Shown here: positions 45,610 to 56,200 of the stretch, piece after piece | Layout of the letters: the number at the start of each line of letters is the position of its first letter | Position numbering within the stretch: the stretch's first letter is position 1 | Source: Setoptus koraiensis | Taxonomy: Eukaryota > Animalia > Arthropoda | Length of the DNA: 64,000 nucleotides | Reading direction: 5' to 3' | Assembly (NCBI GenBank): GCA_048013815.1 | Contig: CM106586.1 | Coordinates: 20,460,001 to 20,524,000, forward strand | Notes under the pieces: model-generated | The model's input: the letters and a program-made list of their open reading frames with translations, nothing else | Told to the model about the DNA's origin: nothing | The model's database searches: none | Position numbers and translations under genes: made by a program

Positions 45610-46878
45610 ATGATTAGACACAAATTGCTAATAGTGATAGTATGCTGGCTGCTGCTGGCCGTTATCGGGTCAGTTGTCGGTGGCCCAGCGGAAAAGAATA
45701 AAAGTCAAAACAGTGATGACAAGGCTGCTGTTGCTACAGCAAACAATCCCGAGCAGGGAAAGAAAAAAACCATCAGAGATGCCTTGAATAATGTTGTAAA
45801 CAAACTTGAGGGTGGCTTGAAATTTAGCACCTATCAAACATACGAGGACTTCACTAAAGATTTCAATTCCATCAGGCGCCGTTATCAATCTGAGGATTCA
45901 TCAGTGTCTGGCAACATGAAAAATTTAATAGGTGAGTCACTAAGCGATGAACAACAGTCGCTACTGTTGAAATACATCAAGGCTTGGAGGCCAATATTAG
46001 CGCTGTACAATGTTATCAAGTTGGACGATATCTGTTCGCTTGAGCATATCAATGATATAATTCAATATCACGAAAGATATCTGGGTCTGTATGGGGAAAT
46101 TGATGTGCGCAAATTGCCGGCCTCAGAGAGACAGAAACAAGCAACAAAAGTTAAAAGACTTTTGTCGTCGCCGGATAAACAAGAAAAAGATCCCATGGAC
46201 AATGTGGCGCCGTCGTTAATTGATGACATATTCAGAAATTATGTAAATACTGTGTCGCTCAAGTGTTCCACAGACATTAATGATCATATCAAGGAAAGCG
46301 AATGGCTTGTCAAACAGGATCTAAATGAGTTGTGCAATCTGGTTAGATGTGCTCAAGATATTGATTACACGCCTAATGACGAATGCACTCTAAATCAGCA
46401 TTCAATACGCCAGGCTAATCTGAGCAATGATAAAACCGTCTATAAGAAGGCCCTAAGCAAGTATATCAATCATTCTCTAGTGGATAAATTGGGCCAAGAT
46501 AAAGGAGTGCTAGCTTATGTGAATGCCTTCAAGAGTTTGTTGGTTGATTCGTGTTTACGTTTAGAGCAAATGTATTCTGGTTCATTGCAAACAATTATGC
46601 GCTTGTCCGTGCTGGGCTACGCAATAAACTCTCATCATTTAGACAAGAAATACGTCGACAAATGGGTACAAGTGATGCAATTATGTGATACGTTGCTCAA
46701 GACACGAATAGATGTTTTGGTAGATGGAAGGGGCAAAAACACAATTGAGATGACAATGAGAAAACAGCGAGCTTATAAACAATTGAAACCAATGAATCAT
46801 TATGAGACAATCGCCGACAACGACATAGTGTTTCAAATTGAGTCTTCTAACGACGACGAACAACAATTGCTGGTATAA
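45610..46878 (+). CDS. Orphan secreted protein, 422 aa, intronless
   Basis: Clear signal peptide (MIRHKLLIVIVCWLLLAVIGSVVG); long stop-free ORF in AT-rich DNA; helical-looking, with 7 Cys after the leader. No family recognised. Confidence 0.8.
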   Translation: MIRHKLLIVIVCWLLLAVIGSVVGGPAEKNKSQNSDDKAAVATANNPEQGKKKTIRDALNNVVNKLEGGLKFSTYQTYEDFTKDFNSIRRRYQSEDSSVSGNMKNLIGESLSDEQQSLLLKYIKAWRPILALYNVIKLDDICSLEHINDIIQYHERYLGLYGEIDVRKLPASERQKQATKVKRLLSSPDKQEKDPMDNVAPSLIDDIFRNYVNTVSLKCSTDINDHIKESEWLVKQDLNELCNLVRCAQDIDYTPNDECTLNQHSIRQANLSNDKTVYKKALSKYINHSLVDKLGQDKGVLAYVNAFKSLLVDSCLRLEQMYSGSLQTIMRLSVLGYAINSHHLDKKYVDKWVQVMQLCDTLLKTRIDVLVDGRGKNTIEMTMRKQRAYKQLKPMNHYETIADNDIVFQIESSNDDEQQLLV

Positions 46879-47061
46879 TTAACAATTATTGATCGCACAC
46901 AGTGATGTAAGCAATTAACGATTTTATAATATTGTAGTTATTATAATATGAACGTATTTACAATTAATCAGTGTCCGTCATTTGATTCACTCACTGACTC
47001 TAACAAGTTTTCGACCATAATGATTATAAGATTATTATTTCAAACTGTTGGTTATTTTGTA

Positions 47062-49386
47062 TCAGGTAATAGTGTTTCTGCAATAGTCATTGTTTTGATA
47101 CTCCAAAGTGCGCGTCTCTCTTGTTTGTTGACTGCCCACAAACAAGCTACCTAAGGGTCTTCTGTCACATTGTATATCCAATCTGGCCATCCTGTTCATC
47201 ACCATCTCCAGGCCGAGACTCAGGTAGGTCTTGCCAAGGGTCATAATAGGCTCTGGGGCACCAGTAAGTAGGCCGAACAATTCCACATTGAGTGTTGCTG
47301 GTGCAAGAGGATTGGTACTATTGACATTTACTGAGAGTTTCCCATCGCAATGCACATAGGCATACATTTTATCAAGATAGTGAGTGATGAAATTCTCGCA
47401 ATAGATAATACTTTCAATGGGCCAATCTTTAGTTCGGCTGGAATTTTCATTGTCTGGCAAGAGGCCGTAAAGTGAACATTTCAATGCAATGGGCTCATAA
47501 GGTTTAAAGTGTTTCTGGAAGTCGGCATCAATAAACTCCTGCTCACTAACATCCATATAAAATCCATAATCGACCAGATAGAGTTCGTGAAGATTAGAGT
47601 ACACAGTATTATTATTATTAGATATGCATTTTTCGCCCATCAACGGTCTTATATAAATAGCTCGCCGATAGAATGCACAGCCATCGATGTTAGCGTCGCG
47701 GACAATTTTATATTTGTTTGCAATGTGACTTGAGGTGTTTGAGCTTGTTGATGAACGGGCCTGATTTGTGGCAATTTGTTTCTTTGAACTGGACAGAACA
47801 GATCTAATGTGGCTCTGGCGACATTTCTTGGCCATCACTGGCGCACTCGATGTTTGTTTCCTTGTTGTATTACCTGCCCGCTCGTGAGTGCTCCAATAGA
47901 TCTCCAGCTCATACTCTAATTTAACCAGATTTCTCTGGCAAGACTCTTCGTTGAGTTGGATATAAATGATGTCGGGCGATTCTAAAGCGACAACTCTAAC
48001 TGGCAAGAGCGAATCTATCATGGAGTCTCTGGCTCTCAATTGACGTTCTAGAATAGATTTGAGCACAATTTTTGGATCAAACACTGGTTCTTGTTGCTCT
48101 TTTTGGTCAGTGCTGGCAGTGGTGTCAATGTTGGAATTCGATCGTGCCGGAGAGCCTCGAGTTGATGCGTTTCCACAGGTACGATTCAGCGACGACTTGT
48201 TGTCACGGACGTTCCTCGGCAAAAGCCTCTTTATGAGGGCTCTGTTGGAGGGGGTGGCACACGACGATGAATTACCGCTATTGATTATTTGAGTACTATC
48301 CAACATTGCTGAGGGTGATGTAGAGACAGAGCCTATGTCATCGATGAGATCATCGTCTTCGTTGTCTTCGTCGTCGTCGTCATCGCTTGAGGATGTATGT
48401 TTTTTGCGACCAAAATAGAGGCCGCATTCAATCTTTGATGGCTTGGCGTAGTTGTTCTCTATGAGTTTGTCGCTCAGATTAACTTTAATATTGTAGATAG
48501 TCATAATTTGGCCCACATAACGTTCTGAGGCGTCCTTGTAATTGGGCAAAAAAGACAATGAGAGGGGCGAATGATTTGGTCCGCACAACAGGTCCCTCTT
48601 GAAAGCCTTTATACATTCCTTGGTCCAAGTGTTGTTTTGCATTGGCTCAACGCGACCCATGCGGCACGGAATGGCGAGACTGGGCAGAGACAGAAGCTCA
48701 CCATGAGCCTCCCACAGTTGCTTGATATTGGCATCTCTGAATGTATATCCATAGTCGACGGCAAACAAAGTGAGCCCTTTGGTGACATATTTATCCTCAA
48801 TTTCATTGTTGTTGATGCTGTAGGTTTTGGCGTTTATCTTTTTCGAGGGGGCCGTCTTTCGTTTTTGCCACTTTGTTTGTACTTTTACACCTGTTGCTTT
48901 GTCCAAAACAAGAAAATCCTCTACATAAACCCTGTAGAGTTTCTTGTGCAAGGGATGCCTGTAAACGCATGCCAGCATATGCGTGATGTGAAGAGGATTA
49001 ACGTGATCGTAATCGCTTTTGCTGATATCAAAACAGAGCTTGTTGATGAGGGCTATTTTCTCCTCGTATCTGTCACTATTGACTAAATAAAACATATCCG
49101 GATTGATGACATGCGTCGCCTTTACCTCAATGCCGTCCTCTATGGTACAACAAACAGGCTTATAAGTTGCCAAGGTGATTAGAGTGGCCCTATTGTCGGG
49201 TCTTTTTGTTGCTCTGGCTATTATGTTGCAATTGTTGCTGATTGGGTTATTATTGTCATTGTTGGTTGTCGTTATTGAGCCCTTGTTTGGGGCTGGCATT
49301 TGGCGCAATTTGTCCCTCAATGCCAGCAGCTCTTGCTCTAAGGTGTCGTCCTCGTTGTTTGTTGGCCTGGTGCCCGGGCAATCCAT
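47062..49386 (-). CDS. Tudor-domain protein with two extended Tudor domains (TDRD/piRNA-pathway type)
   Basis: VKATHVINPDMFYL...LYRVYV...LFAVDYGYT...SLAIPCRMGRVEP, and VRVVALESPDIIYIQ...YRRAIY...LYLVDYGFY...PIALKCSLYGLLP. Confidence 0.85.
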   Translation of the reverse strand: MDCPGTRPTNNEDDTLEQELLALRDKLRQMPAPNKGSITTTNNDNNNPISNNCNIIARATKRPDNRATLITLATYKPVCCTIEDGIEVKATHVINPDMFYLVNSDRYEEKIALINKLCFDISKSDYDHVNPLHITHMLACVYRHPLHKKLYRVYVEDFLVLDKATGVKVQTKWQKRKTAPSKKINAKTYSINNNEIEDKYVTKGLTLFAVDYGYTFRDANIKQLWEAHGELLSLPSLAIPCRMGRVEPMQNNTWTKECIKAFKRDLLCGPNHSPLSLSFLPNYKDASERYVGQIMTIYNIKVNLSDKLIENNYAKPSKIECGLYFGRKKHTSSSDDDDDEDNEDDDLIDDIGSVSTSPSAMLDSTQIINSGNSSSCATPSNRALIKRLLPRNVRDNKSSLNRTCGNASTRGSPARSNSNIDTTASTDQKEQQEPVFDPKIVLKSILERQLRARDSMIDSLLPVRVVALESPDIIYIQLNEESCQRNLVKLEYELEIYWSTHERAGNTTRKQTSSAPVMAKKCRQSHIRSVLSSSKKQIATNQARSSTSSNTSSHIANKYKIVRDANIDGCAFYRRAIYIRPLMGEKCISNNNNTVYSNLHELYLVDYGFYMDVSEQEFIDADFQKHFKPYEPIALKCSLYGLLPDNENSSRTKDWPIESIIYCENFITHYLDKMYAYVHCDGKLSVNVNSTNPLAPATLNVELFGLLTGAPEPIMTLGKTYLSLGLEMVMNRMARLDIQCDRRPLGSLFVGSQQTRETRTLEYQNNDYCRNTIT

Positions 49387-50288
49387 GTCTAAAATAATTA
49401 TCACTGGTTGCTGTTATGCTCTCTCGCGGTATAAATGGCAGCCTGGTGTTTATTGTCTCCACTATGGACATGCAGCTATTTATACTGTAACGGTGATCTA
49501 ATTTGTTGTGGAAGTTGTGTTTATTCGCTTGTCTGTTTGGTCGGTTGAACAGTTTATTTGTTAATGACAAAAGGGAACATGGGCCAATTGGATATACTAG
49601 TGACTAAAGTCTACCGATGCCATTCATCGCCGATGAATACAAAGTGGACTCAATACATGCGGTAATAGTAATAGTTTTAGTGATAGAAATGATATTAGTC
49701 TTGACGATAAAAATAAAACAATGAACTAACATGCTCTCGTGCCAAGCTCTCGGCTCAACTCCCACCTCATGCTTGGGAAATTGCTCGGCTCTATAAATTG
49801 TTCTATCATGAGATACACACGTACTAAAATAGTTCAAGATCTCAACCACTGCTGGATTGATATCCACCAATGTAATTGATATCAGTCTATTTTAATCATG
49901 CTGCTGTTCACAATAAATAATAAAAACAATAACACCACTAATCTTGAGCGAAAAATAAACACGGCCCAACCGAATGGGCAAAATGACTCTATGCACACGT
50001 ACGACACTTCATATTGCACTGCAAACACCAGAAAATAAACTTCTCGGTTTGACCGCCAGACTCAATTTTGAGCTCAAATTAATCGAGTCGATTGAATTGG
50101 GCTCCAGTAACATCATTAAGTCTGCTGTTTGCATCATTGAATTTATATTACCGACATAGTGACAAACCGATTTATGTCTTAAATTAAAAAATTGAGCCAG
50201 TTTGAACCGAACCCAATTCAACCAATTGTTGATTGTGACAACTTGGTGCATTAATATTTGCTTTTTGCCAATCAGCACAACCTTTTAT

Positions 50289-51953
50289 TTATTTCTCTAT
50301 CAATTTTTGAAGACTATGCACATTCGCAAGTCCCTTCTTTATCTGACTGAAGCTCTCGTTGTACAATTCCCTCGTTGTGTTGACAATGTCACCACTAATA
50401 TCAGCACTAGTGTCTCCGGTGCCACTAGAACCTCCGTTCTCAACTGTCTGGCTGGCCACTGTTCGACCATGCAGTAACTCTAACGGTGACGACGATGGCA
50501 GCTTCTCTATGAACCTTGTCAGCAGGTCGCAATCCTTCATCAGCAAAGACATTAAAGCCTTGTGTACAGCCAAAAAATTTGTCTGACCTATTTGGCCTTG
50601 ATTTTTAAAGTCGGACAGTCTGAGCCGACTCAACCACAAGGCAAATCTGTTCAATATCTGGCAAACAATCTTGTGAAAGTCCATGTCTAACTCAGGAATG
50701 TAAATATCGTCCGACCAGCAAATTGCGATCCATTGATGAATATCATTGGTGACTTTTAAATTATAATATTTGACAACGTTGTTGTTGGTGGTGTCACTCG
50801 ATGACGTTGCTTTCGTTGCTGTTGATGTGTCTCTTGATTCGGCTAACAAATCTACATCCTTAACGACCTCTTTTTCCTTTTCGTCAGCAGCTTCGGAAAT
50901 CTGCTTCAGGGGATCCTTGCTGAGAGATTCTTCAACACCGGTGATAATCTGATAAGTTCTCTGTTGCAAGTATGATTTTAAATTAAACCTATCCAATACT
51001 TGTTTACATTGTGTTTCATCTAAATTATTTCGTTTTAAAAATACCAAAGTGCCAGCGTGACGTTTCTTAAATAATTCTAAATTCTCCAAAGAATAAAGCG
51101 TCGTCAGCCTCTCCATTAGGTCCAGTGTCTCTTGCCAGCAACATTTTTTAGCAAAATCACAACGGATCAAGCTAGTCTTACTCTCTATAAATTGTTCTAT
51201 TTGTTTAAATAAAGTATCCAAGTTGGTGGAATCTTTCATCACATTAGAGTCTGATATTAACTTTGATAGATATGGACGGACAACATTGTTTCGAAACACC
51301 GAGTCCAATTTCTGAATTGCATCTTTCTGCTCGTAGGTTCTGACAACTAGGTCTATGTGAAAGTTATTGTCGAGATCGACCGCCTCTAAGAAGGCGCTCT
51401 CGAACCATGTATCCAATTGTTTCTGCCTACTGCTCAGACTGGCCTCTACGTGCTTACGTATGTGATATAATTCATCTATGGGTTGTATAATCTCCAATTC
51501 TTTAGACAAATAGTACAGTTCTACGTTAACTCTCTCCAGCAGATCGAATTGTAGAATATTTCTAGTTTGCTGTTGGTTGTTTGTTTGCGTTCCCACAGTC
51601 CAGTCGACATCTTCGAATGCTCGCTCTAGCTGATCCCGCCTCTTGACAAGCTGGATAAAACGGGCTACGATATGCTTGTGCTTACAGGTCTCTATTAGTT
51701 GGTCTTGTTTGTCATCAATAGTTGCAATATAATCGTCAAATTGCTTACACAATTTAACTAATTCATCTTTGTATACTTCCAGTGGCTGTGTTATCTTGTC
51801 CAATGGTCGCTCCAATTGGGATATAATAAATGATAATTGAAAAAACTGATCATAATTATTGTTAAACAATTCTACAAAATTTTGATTTAGATTCTGAAGT
51901 TCCTTGATCAGCTGATCTCTGAGTTCCTCTAAATTGGTGGTGGCATTTGACAT
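50289..51953 (-). CDS. COG2: Conserved oligomeric Golgi complex subunit 2 (shortened), intronless as seen
   Basis: NLEELRDQL...FVELFNNNYDQFFQLS...LDKITQPL matches the COG2 N-terminal coiled coil; RFNLKSYLQQR resembles the conserved mid-region. Shorter than the vertebrate protein. Confidence 0.8.
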   Translation of the reverse strand: MSNATTNLEELRDQLIKELQNLNQNFVELFNNNYDQFFQLSFIISQLERPLDKITQPLEVYKDELVKLCKQFDDYIATIDDKQDQLIETCKHKHIVARFIQLVKRRDQLERAFEDVDWTVGTQTNNQQQTRNILQFDLLERVNVELYYLSKELEIIQPIDELYHIRKHVEASLSSRQKQLDTWFESAFLEAVDLDNNFHIDLVVRTYEQKDAIQKLDSVFRNNVVRPYLSKLISDSNVMKDSTNLDTLFKQIEQFIESKTSLIRCDFAKKCCWQETLDLMERLTTLYSLENLELFKKRHAGTLVFLKRNNLDETQCKQVLDRFNLKSYLQQRTYQIITGVEESLSKDPLKQISEAADEKEKEVVKDVDLLAESRDTSTATKATSSSDTTNNNVVKYYNLKVTNDIHQWIAICWSDDIYIPELDMDFHKIVCQILNRFALWLSRLRLSDFKNQGQIGQTNFLAVHKALMSLLMKDCDLLTRFIEKLPSSSPLELLHGRTVASQTVENGGSSGTGDTSADISGDIVNTTRELYNESFSQIKKGLANVHSLQKLIEK

Positions 51954-52528
51954 TGTCTTGAGCCCCTTTACACATTCATTCGTAAGGCATGGATAGTGAG
52001 AATTAATATCCTACCTTAAGGAAAAAGACGACAATCTAATTGTAAATGAATGCTCAATACATGATAGTTCAAAGGTACAAACGTCATCAAGGTGTATAAA
52101 CAACGTTAGGTGACATCATCTGATAGCAGCGTGCATCTCTTCAAGCCTTTGCGCATTCGTGTCATGTCTGGACTCAGTATAAGGAATGTCCACCAGGGGC
52201 GCGTGCAGCACTCTCAAATGCAGAGTTGTTGCCACAAAACGTATCAAAGCGAATTCGCATCAGCACACGCTGAGTTACCTAAAACTGTACTGGCACCTTG
52301 TGAGACGAAACTAACTCGCTTTGAGTTGATGGAACACAAAAATGTCGCTCTAGCGGATTTATTTTGGACCAAGCGCAAATACATTGCAGGATCTAATGCA
52401 TTGTGCCAAAACACGTTGGAACTTGAAAATAAACTCTGATCTGAGGATAAAATTGACCTAACTGATTTACACTTCTATGTCCTATTACACTATAAAAATA
52501 GAGCTACGCTCGACTGGCTGAGTGATCG

Positions 52529-53101
52529 ATGGCTAATAATCTAAGCATTGAGGAGTCGGTGAAACTCAACAAAGAGCTGCTCGAGAGTAACACAAATTTC
52601 CTGTTGGAATCTTCAAGGATGATCGAACAAAATGGCCTGGCCTCACCGTGTTTGCGTCGATATTACCGACTCAGATTGAACTCTTTGATTGACACCGAGA
52701 CGATAAAAGAGAAAGAATGTGCAAAAATTTTGGAACAAACTAAAGACAGTGTATATTGTCCCAAGTGTGGATCAGACCTAGTGCTGAAAACAAAATCCAA
52801 GACCAAGTTGAATAAGAGCAAAGAGAGGAGATTCTGTAAATATTTGCACCAGGACCTCATAGAACTATGTCCCGCTTGTTTGGAGTATTCATTGAGGCAC
52901 AACTTAAAGAGAAAACGGAAGAGGCGAAAGAAGTCAACGAAAGCACCAACAATTGTGACCCAGGCCAAAAACTGTACCCCAGATGCACCTGTGATAGCGA
53001 AACCTGCCCAATTCAGTACTAAAACAACCAAAACCCTACTCAACATGATCAAACAGAAAGATAGTCAACTTATGGGGCGCAATTTATTACACTTATTGTA
53101 G
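52529..53101 (+). CDS. RPP21/Rpr2 zinc-ribbon family protein, most like C18orf21 (UPF0711; reported RNase MRP subunit RMP24)
   Basis: TNFLLESS, LRRYY, YCPKCGSDLVL and ELCPACLEYSLRH (two CxxC); basic linker; C-terminal KTLLNMIKQKDSQLMGRNLLHLL resembles the recalled C18orf21 tail. Confidence 0.6.
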   Translation: MANNLSIEESVKLNKELLESNTNFLLESSRMIEQNGLASPCLRRYYRLRLNSLIDTETIKEKECAKILEQTKDSVYCPKCGSDLVLKTKSKTKLNKSKERRFCKYLHQDLIELCPACLEYSLRHNLKRKRKRRKKSTKAPTIVTQAKNCTPDAPVIAKPAQFSTKTTKTLLNMIKQKDSQLMGRNLLHLL

Positions 53102-53231
53102 GTGGCAAGTGTATGTATGTGTTTGTATTTATTATTAAAATGTATAGGTATAAATTGGGTGTGCAAATGTATCAAATATCGTGAGATACACTTGTAAGTA
53201 CTTTGTTACAATTCAATCATTTGAATCTCAT

Positions 53232-56200
53232 TTATTCGCCACCTGTATAAGAGAACATCGATTGAACACCATTATTATTTGTTGTTACTGTCGTTGATGC
53301 TATTGCTACATTGCTGCTTCGACCACTACCTGTCCGTGGCTGGTGTGGGTCATTTGTTGTTGTTTGTTGATTATTTGACATTAAATCATCATCCATATTT
53401 ACTTTCTTATACTTGTGCTGTTGTTGTTGTTGCAGTTGCTGGTCAACTGGCATTACGTCATCAAATAGGGTAATAGATTGCCTTTGGGTATTTGCAGTAG
53501 TCTGACTATGATCTACTTGTTGATATTGTTGTTGCTGCTTCTTTTGTTGTTGTTGTTGGTTGCTGTTGTTGCCAACATTGTCCTGTTGTTGACCGCTCTT
53601 TGAATTGTCTCCATTTTGGTTTATGCTGCCCTGATTACTTGCTGGGGATGCTGGTGTTGGTGTCATATCTATGAGATACTTGTTTTCTTCGTACTCATCG
53701 AACACAATCTGCTCATGTTGTTGTTGTTGCTGTTGTTGTTGTTGTTGTTGTCGCGCCAATTGCATTAATTGCTGTTGCTTGTTGAACCTTTGCTGAGGTT
53801 GCGGATTATGCAAATGAGTATGCTCAAATATCATGCTCGAACTCATTTCCTGTTTCGTCATAAGTCCATTTGTGGTCGGTGCTCCCATTGGCTGTTGCAC
53901 TGGCGCCGGCTCAAGATCGATGAGAGACAAAGTGCGCGCCAATCTGGCTCTATTTCCTGTTTGCGCTTGCTGTTGCTGTTGTTGATGATGATAATTGACC
54001 ATTTGATCTGGAACGTTATGATGTGGCTGTTGAGCTAGATGACCCATTGAAATGGGTCTGTTGGTATTGTGCTGCTGCTGTTGTTGTTGTTGTTGCATCA
54101 TGGATCGATAATGAAGATCCGCCGTCGGTTGTTTGTGTTGTCCAGTGGTCTGCTGGTTGTGGGGTTTAAATGCCGACAAGGCAAGATCTTGCTGATTGGC
54201 GCTGTTGTTGTTGGTGGTGGTGCTGTTGTTGCCACTATTGTTGCTATTGAGGAAACCGTTGACGCTGGAGGCGGCCCCAAAAGGCAATTTGCCACGCGTC
54301 ATAGGATGATAGCATCCATTGGGACATTGCGAGTTTTGTTTGCTTGCTGGCTTGCTGTTGTCTCTGAACAGCCACGAGCTGGAGCACGTGACACAATGAC
54401 AACAAGACCTGCTGCTGTTGTGCGTGGGCGGCGTCATCATGTTGGCGGTTAGATTGTCGTGCTTGTTGTTGTTATGCAACAGCTGTTGATTGTCATTAAT
54501 GGGTCCGGTCTGCTGTTGCTGACCAGCCATGTTGTGTGACAAATGTGAAATTATATTATTGCTAAAGCCGTTACCCGGAGTTGGCGCTGGCTGTTGTGTC
54601 GCTGTACACACCAGTCCGCCAACATTTGAGGCCAAGAAGCGAGTGAGATCGTCGATTGAGGGCAACTGTTTGCCCATTTGCTGTTGCTGACTCTTGTTGC
54701 CGTTTCCGGTTTGCAGGGCCGGCAGCACTTGTTTGGCCGCCCGGCGTGACCTGTTGTTTGGCAGGTGCTGGTGCTGCTGTTGGTGTTGGTGTTGATGTTG
54801 GAGTATTTCAATTGAGTTGTTGCTCTGATGGTTGTCGATCGACATCAGCGACTCGTCCCTTTGTGTGGCTCGAAATTCCACCTGATCCACAAAGTCACTG
54901 GGCGCCTGATGATGATGACCGGCTTGATGATGATTGATGGGCCCACTCGACTGGTAAAATCTGGGCAAATACATCTGAATGAGCCTGCTGGTGAGAGTGT
55001 TTGTGTGACTCAGCACGCCGGCCGCCTGCGGGCCGCTCTTCCGGTGCATGTAGCCAGTTCGTTGTTGCTGCTGTTGCTGTTGTTGTCCGACGGCGTGTCG
55101 CTGTTGTCGCTGATCAGCGTGACTGTCACCGGCGTGATTAAAATGATGATTCAACTGGCTATTTGTCACGCAACCGACAGTGGAATTCATTGAGGAGCTC
55201 ACCACGGACGGTGTCATGGATCGGTTGTTTCTATTATGTTGTTGTTGCTGCTGCTGTTGCGTCATCATGGCAGCTCTGCTCTGGCGATGCTGGTTGATGT
55301 CGCTGGTGACGCTGCACGCCGATTGCCTACTGCCAAACATTTGGGCGCCCCCTTTCATTTGAATTTGCATGGCCGTTGGACGTTGCTGGTGTCGCTGTTG
55401 CTGCTGCTGATTGTTCAACCTGGCGAGATTGCTGTTTGCGTCTTGGGCAAGCGTTTGTCGCCGACTGAACTGGCCCAACGGGTTCGCCCGGTCGCTCTTG
55501 CTTATGGCTTGGCCCGGCTGCGCGCCGGATTCGCTCGAGCTGTGGCTGCTGAGCGACTTCTGCTTTGCACGGGCCCCCCTGGCCAGCGTGTTGAATTTGT
55601 CCTCGCTGCCGTGACACTTGATGGACAGGGCCACGAACAGCAGACAAACTGTGCTCAGTGTGCAGCACACACCGATAGCCGCTATGGTCATCTTCTGGAA
55701 TTGCGTTGGCGCCACCACTTCCGGCAGCTGTTGCCCGTTGGTATTGGTGCTGTTGGCCTCCTTCGACGCGGGCCCCTTCGTTGCCGACTGACCGCTGCCC
55801 GTTGCCGTCGTCGTCGTCGTCGTTGGTGTCGCTTGTTTCGAGCCCGCAGTCGCTTGGTGACGCGGATCTGGCGGAGTTGCGTTGAAGTGACGCTGATTGC
55901 GCAAATTGACACCGTTCTGCCTGCCATTGCCCGTCGGGTCTCTCTGGTGAACTATGGGACCCTCGAGAATGGGGTCGTCAATTGTGGTGTCCGCTTGCGT
56001 TGTGTTGGCCGCGGCGGCACTGTCCACCTTGGCGCCAGGGGGCGCTGTTGGCACGCTGGCCGGCTTGCTCAGTATTACGTTGGTGTCATTGGCAACGCCA
56101 ACTGGCGCCGGCCGGTTGCTCGCTGCCGGCTTAGACATTGGCTTGCCAAACGCACCTGTTGCCTTGTGGCCCCACTTTGACGAGACACCGGTGGCGCCAC

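Noticed and set aside
52190-52203. CCACCAGGGGCGC, CTCF-like
   Set aside because: One base short of the core spacing; a single occurrence.
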